From Prochloraceae cyanobacterium PL24a_bin.78 (GTDB taxonomy: Bacteria > Cyanobacteriota > Cyanobacteriia > Cyanobacteriales > JANQIW01): a DNA stretch of 64,000 bases. Numbering within the stretch: position 1 is the first letter of the stretch; every line of letters begins with the position of its first letter. This document shows positions 58,990-64,000 of this stretch, in pieces. Location: assembly GCA_028281945.1 (NCBI GenBank), contig JANQIW010000139.1, positions 1,593-65,592 of the forward strand. The letters are read 5' to 3'. A program made the position numbers and the translations under genes. The notes beneath the pieces were generated by a model. The model saw nothing but the letters and a program-made list of their open reading frames with translations, ran no database searches and was not told the DNA's origin.

Positions 58990-61900
58990 ATGACAACTCA
59001 TAATAATATTGGCGATCGTGCTTATCAATTTTTTATTGAAGAAGCCCCCGAATTATTACAAATTATAGAATCACGATTATTAACTCTCAAAGATGGATGT
59101 GATACCACTAAAATACATGAGATTATGCGGGCAGCTCACTCTATTAAAGGTGGAGCCGCTAGTGTAGGCTTGGAAGGTATTAAAAATATTGCTCACAAGT
59201 TAGAAGATACTTTTAAAGCTTTATATCAAACTACAGAAATAGATACGGAATTAGAAAGTTTAATTTTAGAAGCATTCGATTTATTACGCACTCCCTTAAT
59301 GGAGCAACTAGAAACCAGTGAATATGATGAGGAGGGTGCAATTAATGCTGCCTTACCAGTGTTTACCAAGCTAGAAGAAAAGTTAGGAGATGCTTTCAAA
59401 CGTGCTGATGATTATATTCCTACTTCTAGTGATTTGGGGGTGGATATGGTATCTTCTATGTTTGAAGTGGATGTGGCCGAAGAAATAGCCCGTTTAGAAG
59501 CAGTTGTGGCAAATCCAGAAGAGCATCAGGTGGCGGGGGAGTTGCGGGCAACTATTGATGTTTTTACAGGTTTCGGGGAAATGCTTAATCTCCCAGGTTT
59601 TATGGAAATCTCCAAAACAGCAGGTGCGGCTTTAGAACAACATCCAGATTTGGCTTTGGAAATAACTCAATTGACTATTGTTGATGTTAGAGATGCTAGG
59701 GAGGCTGTTTTACAAGGCGATCGTCAATATGGAGGACATCCTTCATCTAAGTTATTGGCTTTGGGGGGAAATTCAGAAGCAAAATTAGATGAAATTCAAT
59801 TAGAAAATAAGCAGACAACATCAGAAGTATTGATAGATATTCATGATAAATCATATCAATTCTTTATTGAAGAAGCTCCAGAATTATTACAAATTATAGA
59901 ATCAGAATTATTAAGTCTTAGGGAAGAACGCAGTACTGTTAAAGTACATGAAATCATGCGAGCGGCTCATTCTATTAAAGGTGGTGCAGCTAGTGTGGGA
60001 TTAGAAACTATTAAAGATATTGCTCATAGTTTAGAAGATATTTTTAAAGCTTTATATGATAAAGAACTAAATTTAGACTTAGAATTGGAAAGACAGTTAT
60101 TAAATGCTTTCGATTGTCTTAGAGATCCTTTAGAAGAACAAATAGAATATGGATATTTTGATAAACAAGAAGCTTTAGCTAAAACCGAAACAGTATTTGG
60201 CGAAATAATAGAAAAATTAAGAGAAAATCTTGAGAAAATGGGTGATTATTTGCCTAGTGCTAATGATCTTGGAGTGGATATTGTATCATCTATATTTGAA
60301 ATAGATATTGCAGAATCTATCCAAAAGTTAGAAGGGATTTTAGAAGCTTCGGAAAATCCGGAAAAACAACTAGAAAATCAATTAGATGTATTAAAAGGAT
60401 TTGGGGAATTGCTAAATTTACCAGGCTTTAGTAGGATTGTTTCAACGGCAAGTCAGGCATTAGCAACTAATCCTCATCAAGCTTTAGAGATAACTTCTTT
60501 ATTAATCTCAGATTTGCAAAATTCAAGGGAAATTGTTTTACAAGGCGATCGAGAAAAAGGAGGGGAAGCATCAGAAGAATTAAAAGCATTAGTAGAAAAT
60601 CAAATCTTTGATAACTTTACCAATGATGAAGGTTTATTTGATATTAAAGAAGAAGAGGAAATAATAGATACAAATTCTACCACATATCAATTTTTCATCG
60701 AAGAAGCCCCAGAATTATTGAAAACAATAGAATTAGGCTTATTAAGTGTAAAAGAAGAATTAAATATTGCTAAAGTACATGAAATTATGCGTTGTGCTCA
60801 CTCCCTTAAAGGAGGAGCTGCCAGTGTAGGTTTAGAAACAATCAAACAAATTGCTCATAAATTAGAAGATATTTTTAAAATATTATATGATAAAGATCTA
60901 CAAGTAGATACAGAATTAGAAAATGATTTATTAAAAGCATATGATTGTCTAAGGCAACCATTACAAGAACAAATAGATAATGGCTCTTATAACCAAAAAG
61001 CAGCTAAAGAATATGCAGAGCCAATTTTTGCAGAAATAGAAGAAAAATTTACAGAAGTTATCAAAAGAGTTAATGAATATATCCCAAGTTCAAGTGATTT
61101 AGGGGTAGATATAGTTGCATCTATCTTTGAAATTGATGTGGCAGAATCTATCAAAGAGTTAGAATCAATTCTAGAGAATCCAGAAAATCAGCCAGCAGAA
61201 AAATTAAAAGCTCAGTTAGATGTGTTGACAGGGTTTGGAGAAATGCTAAGTTTAAATGGATTTAGTACCATTGTAGGCATTGCCTCAGAAACCCTAGCTC
61301 AAAATTCCCAACAAGCATTAGATATAACTAAATTATTAATCTCAGATCTCCAAAAGGCAAGGGAAGCGGTATTAGCAGGCGATCGTATTTCTGGAGGAAA
61401 TCCCTCAGAAGCATGGATTAATTTAGTGCAAAATGCCAATACCTACAAACAAGAAGATGAAATCTTCCCATATGATGAAAATTTAGAAAATTGCGATATT
61501 AATGGGGATTCATATCAATTCTTTATCGAAGAAGCCCCAGAATTACTGGAAAATATAGCATCTGGATTGGTAAATATTTCAGAAGATAAAAGCAAAATTC
61601 ACGAAATTAGTAGGTCGGCACACTCGTTAAAAGGAAATTCAGCCACAGTAGGGTTAGAAGCAATCAGACTTATTGCCTTAAGATTAGAAAAAATCCTCAA
61701 AGCTCTCGCTCATCAAGATTCAGAAATAAGTAAAGAATTAGAAAATCAGTTATTTACTGCTTACGAATGTCTCAGAAAACCTTTAGAAGAACAAATCCAA
61801 ACCGGAAGTTATCATCCAGAAGCAGCATTAGCAGAAGCAAAACCTATCATATACCAAATTCATCAGCAATTAGGGGATGCCATCAAACGAGCAGAAGATT

Positions 61901-64000
61901 ATATTCCACCAAGTTCAAGTGATTTAGGTATTGATATAGTATCATCCATATTTGATATTGATGTGGCTCAAGAAATAGAAAATCTTCAAACAGCACTAAA
62001 ATCTGGCAATAACGAGGAAATAGCCGAACAATTAACCACAAGTCTGGAAATGTTAGGAGGCTTTGGGGAAATGCTTAACCTCCCAGGATTTAGTTCCATT
62101 ATTTCTCAAGCACAAGTTGCCCTAGAAATTAATCCCCACAAAGTGACAGAAATAGCACAAATAACTATAGAAGATTTAACAGCATCACGAGAAGTAGTTT
62201 TAGAAGGCGATCGCCAATCAGGAGGAAATCCCTCAGAAGAATTAATGGCATTGGCAGAAAGCAAGATAGAAACTCAATCAAACGAAAATACAGCTACTAA
62301 TAAAGCTAAAAGAAACAGTCTGCCATCATTAGAAGATGTTTTTGGTGGAGAATTAGATTTAGATGAAATACAACATAATTTTGATAATGACTTTTTTGAG
62401 ATCCAAAATGTCGAAGAGTTTGAAGAAATCCCAGATATAGATGAAGAAGAGGAAGAGAATCCTACCTTATCTCAAGTATTTGGTGGTTTAGGAATCGATT
62501 CCCAATCCATAGATAATCTTGAACAAGCAGCGAGAGAATCAGAAATAGATTCAGAAGAAGTACCTCTTTTAGAAGATGTGTTTGGTACCCCTGATAACTC
62601 TGGAGAAACTAATCTATTTCCACAAAATGCCCTTGAAGAAGGAGAAGAAGTATTATCACCATCACTTGAAGATGTCTTTGGGGATGCTTCCATTGATGAA
62701 TCCACTATGGAAAAACTAGAGGAAGCTGCAACTGAAGATGCAACTGAAGATACTTCATCACCAGAGTTGGAGACTCCTTCCTTAGAAGATGTCTTTGGTG
62801 AGGCCATCATTAATCCTGAGCAAATTGAACAACTTGAAGCAGAAGCTGAAACTATCTTGGATGAAAGTCAATCTACTCCCCCTTCCTTAGAAGATGTCTT
62901 TGGGGAAAGCCTCATGGCAAAAAATCCTAATAATCTTCAAGAAGCTATTCAATCTCTTCAAGATGAAATGGATGTGTTACCAACGGTGGAAAATCTAGCT
63001 TTGCCAGAAACACCCGAAACTCCAAATCAAACCATCTCTCCACAAGCAACTCCTAAAAATGGTAAAGTTGCTAAAAATCAACTAGCTAAAAAATCTACTC
63101 CCAAATCAGCTAATCTCTCAGTAAGGGTAGATTTAGATCGTCTGGAAAGAATGAATAATTTGGTGGGTGAATTGTCCATTAATCGTAACAGTCTCTCTCT
63201 CCAAAATGACAAACTCCAAAATGCTGTTAAAGAGTTATTGAGTCGTTTCGATCGTTTCCAACAAAAAACCTCTAAACTCAGAGAAATGTCTGATCAAATG
63301 CTTATATCTCCCGATCGTTATGGGGTATCTGGTCAATTTATTCCCCTTCCCATCAATCAATTAACTAATCAAGCCCAAGGAATTACCTCAGAAGCAGATT
63401 TTGATTCATTAGAAATGGATACTTATGGCGGGATGTATTCTATTCTTCAGGACTTATTAGAAGAGATTATCCAAGTAGAAGAAGCTGTAGATGATATTGC
63501 CTTATTTGCTAAACAGTCAGGGGAAGCGGTAGATGACCAACGTCAGATGTTAAATGGGGTAAGGGATGAGTTAATGTGGGCACGAATGTTGCCTTTAGGA
63601 GAAGTACTTAACCGATTCCCTAGGGTGATCAGGGATTTATCTATTAAATTTAACAAAAATGTTTCTCTTAAATTAACTGGAACTGGAGTATTGGTAGATA
63701 AAGCTGCATTAGAAAAACTATATGATCCTCTAATGCATTTAATTCGTAATGCTTTCGATCATGGTATTGAACCACCACAAATCAGAAAAAAATTAGGTAA
63801 ACCAGAACAAGGAAAAATCGAAGTTCGTGCTTATCACCAAGGAAATCAAACTATTATTGAAATAAATGATGATGGTAGTGGCTTAAATCTTGAGAAAATT
63901 GGCAAGAAAGCAGTAGAAAAAGGTTTGATTTCTCAAGAACAACAATTAGTACTTTCTAAAGAAGATTTATTGGATTTGATTTTTCAACCAGGATTCTCAA
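58990..64000 (+). CDS. pixL: PixL-like CheA histidine kinase, 5' partial (continues beyond the window); absent from the ORF track
   Basis: By hand translation the frame is open from ATG 58990 to the window end (about 1670 codons). It has four Hpt domains (AAHSIKGGAASVG x3, SAHSLKGNSATVG). It also has a dimerisation region (VRVDLDRLERMNNLVGEL) and the start of HATPase (HLIRNAFDHGIE, NDDGSGL). The minus-strand ORF 62472..62810 is its shadow. Confidence 0.85.
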   Translation, partial: MTTHNNIGDRAYQFFIEEAPELLQIIESRLLTLKDGCDTTKIHEIMRAAHSIKGGAASVGLEGIKNIAHKLEDTFKALYQTTEIDTELESLILEAFDLLRTPLMEQLETSEYDEEGAINAALPVFTKLEEKLGDAFKRADDYIPTSSDLGVDMVSSMFEVDVAEEIARLEAVVANPEEHQVAGELRATIDVFTGFGEMLNLPGFMEISKTAGAALEQHPDLALEITQLTIVDVRDAREAVLQGDRQYGGHPSSKLLALGGNSEAKLDEIQLENKQTTSEVLIDIHDKSYQFFIEEAPELLQIIESELLSLREERSTVKVHEIMRAAHSIKGGAASVGLETIKDIAHSLEDIFKALYDKELNLDLELERQLLNAFDCLRDPLEEQIEYGYFDKQEALAKTETVFGEIIEKLRENLEKMGDYLPSANDLGVDIVSSIFEIDIAESIQKLEGILEASENPEKQLENQLDVLKGFGELLNLPGFSRIVSTASQALATNPHQALEITSLLISDLQNSREIVLQGDREKGGEASEELKALVENQIFDNFTNDEGLFDIKEEEEIIDTNSTTYQFFIEEAPELLKTIELGLLSVKEELNIAKVHEIMRCAHSLKGGAASVGLETIKQIAHKLEDIFKILYDKDLQVDTELENDLLKAYDCLRQPLQEQIDNGSYNQKAAKEYAEPIFAEIEEKFTEVIKRVNEYIPSSSDLGVDIVASIFEIDVAESIKELESILENPENQPAEKLKAQLDVLTGFGEMLSLNGFSTIVGIASETLAQNSQQALDITKLLISDLQKAREAVLAGDRISGGNPSEAWINLVQNANTYKQEDEIFPYDENLENCDINGDSYQFFIEEAPELLENIASGLVNISEDKSKIHEISRSAHSLKGNSATVGLEAIRLIALRLEKILKALAHQDSEISKELENQLFTAYECLRKPLEEQIQTGSYHPEAALAEAKPIIYQIHQQLGDAIKRAEDYIPPSSSDLGIDIVSSIFDIDVAQEIENLQTALKSGNNEEIAEQLTTSLEMLGGFGEMLNLPGFSSIISQAQVALEINPHKVTEIAQITIEDLTASREVVLEGDRQSGGNPSEELMALAESKIETQSNENTATNKAKRNSLPSLEDVFGGELDLDEIQHNFDNDFFEIQNVEEFEEIPDIDEEEEENPTLSQVFGGLGIDSQSIDNLEQAARESEIDSEEVPLLEDVFGTPDNSGETNLFPQNALEEGEEVLSPSLEDVFGDASIDESTMEKLEEAATEDATEDTSSPELETPSLEDVFGEAIINPEQIEQLEAEAETILDESQSTPPSLEDVFGESLMAKNPNNLQEAIQSLQDEMDVLPTVENLALPETPETPNQTISPQATPKNGKVAKNQLAKKSTPKSANLSVRVDLDRLERMNNLVGELSINRNSLSLQNDKLQNAVKELLSRFDRFQQKTSKLREMSDQMLISPDRYGVSGQFIPLPINQLTNQAQGITSEADFDSLEMDTYGGMYSILQDLLEEIIQVEEAVDDIALFAKQSGEAVDDQRQMLNGVRDELMWARMLPLGEVLNRFPRVIRDLSIKFNKNVSLKLTGTGVLVDKAALEKLYDPLMHLIRNAFDHGIEPPQIRKKLGKPEQGKIEVRAYHQGNQTIIEINDDGSGLNLEKIGKKAVEKGLISQEQQLVLSKEDLLDLIFQPGFS
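59008..62230 (+). repeat. four tandem intragenic modules of about 830 nt (about 277 aa) in pixL
   Basis: The landmark tatcaatt(t/c)tt(t/c)at(t/c)gaagaagc recurs at 59024, 59854, 60685 and 61513 (periods 830, 831, 828). Confidence 0.85.
62326..62904 (+). repeat. six spaced (S/L)LEDVFG peptide motifs in the pixL linker
   Basis: In-frame motifs are at 62326 (SLEDVFG), 62467 (LSQVFGG), 62566 (LLEDVFG), 62662 (SLEDVFG), 62779 (SLEDVFG) and 62884 (SLEDVFG). They are separated by 32-47 mostly acidic residues. Confidence 0.85.

Noticed and set aside
59008-62230. Whether the ~830 bp periodic repeats at the right end could be an assembly artefact or a non-coding satellite.
   Set aside because: The repeats keep one open frame throughout and differ at many synonymous and conservative positions. 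Each encodes a complete Hpt domain, so these are genuine intragenic domain repeats.
62472-62810. 112 aa minus-strand ORF, the only track ORF in the last 5 kb.
   Set aside because: It lies antisense within the long edge-open pixL-like frame, whose translation shows clear Hpt, dimerisation and HATPase motifs. Its Ser-rich translation mirrors the acidic LEDVFG linker.

Overview
The window is a visibly AT-rich cyanobacterial chromosome segment. The cyanobacterial call rests on gene content and synteny (tRNA-Trp-secE-nusG-rplKAJL, ftsQ-ftsZ, PatA/PATAN regulators, a pixGHIJL-like locus, cyanobacteriochrome GAF domains, CGATCG enrichment). The genus cannot be determined here.

Gene order, left to right:
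- ribokinase, then a decayed AbiL/RloB-type ATPase plus an RloB pair
- IMPase-family protein, GST, rplS
- tRNA-Trp-secE-nusG-rplK-rplA-(452 nt leader)-rplJ-rplL
- an S41 C-terminal protease
- chemosensory cluster 1 (cheB, an IS605-family tnpB element, a 4-Hpt hybrid cheA, a CHASE3-type MCP, a PatA-type regulator, a double CheW, CheR-TPR)
- ftsQ-ftsZ, thiD, hisS
- three poorly characterised genes (acidic 567 aa protein, PEP-CTERM-like repeat protein, pentapeptide-repeat protein)
- an Rpn/DUF4351 nuclease-like gene with a duplicated C-terminal cassette
- ABC-F ATPase, dnaG, a GT2 glycosyltransferase, DUF1350, an HTH protein
- chemosensory cluster 2, a pixG-H-I-J1-J2-L-like phototaxis locus. It is preceded by extra PATAN paralogues and a sulfiredoxin, and it ends in a very large CheA ORF that runs off the window and is therefore missing from the ORF track.

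Mobile and repeat layers over this:
- A MITE-like family of about 140-260 bp has a GGGAGAAT-type microsatellite core, with at least 7-8 copies. One copy cleanly interrupts the defence ATPase.
- An IS605/IS1341-type tnpB-only element sits between cheA and cheB. It has related mini or solo ends elsewhere in the window.

Most interesting items:
1. A Pil-Chp-like chemosensory cluster containing CheB and CheR, in a cyanobacterial PatA context, split by a tnpB element that carries a single amber codon.
2. The pixL-like CheA, built from four ~277 aa Hpt-plus-unknown-domain modules followed by six LEDVFG motifs.
3. The defence module knocked out by a MITE.
4. An 11-aa tandem duplication in the L12-binding helix of L10.

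All family assignments come from motif recognition by eye. No searches were run.
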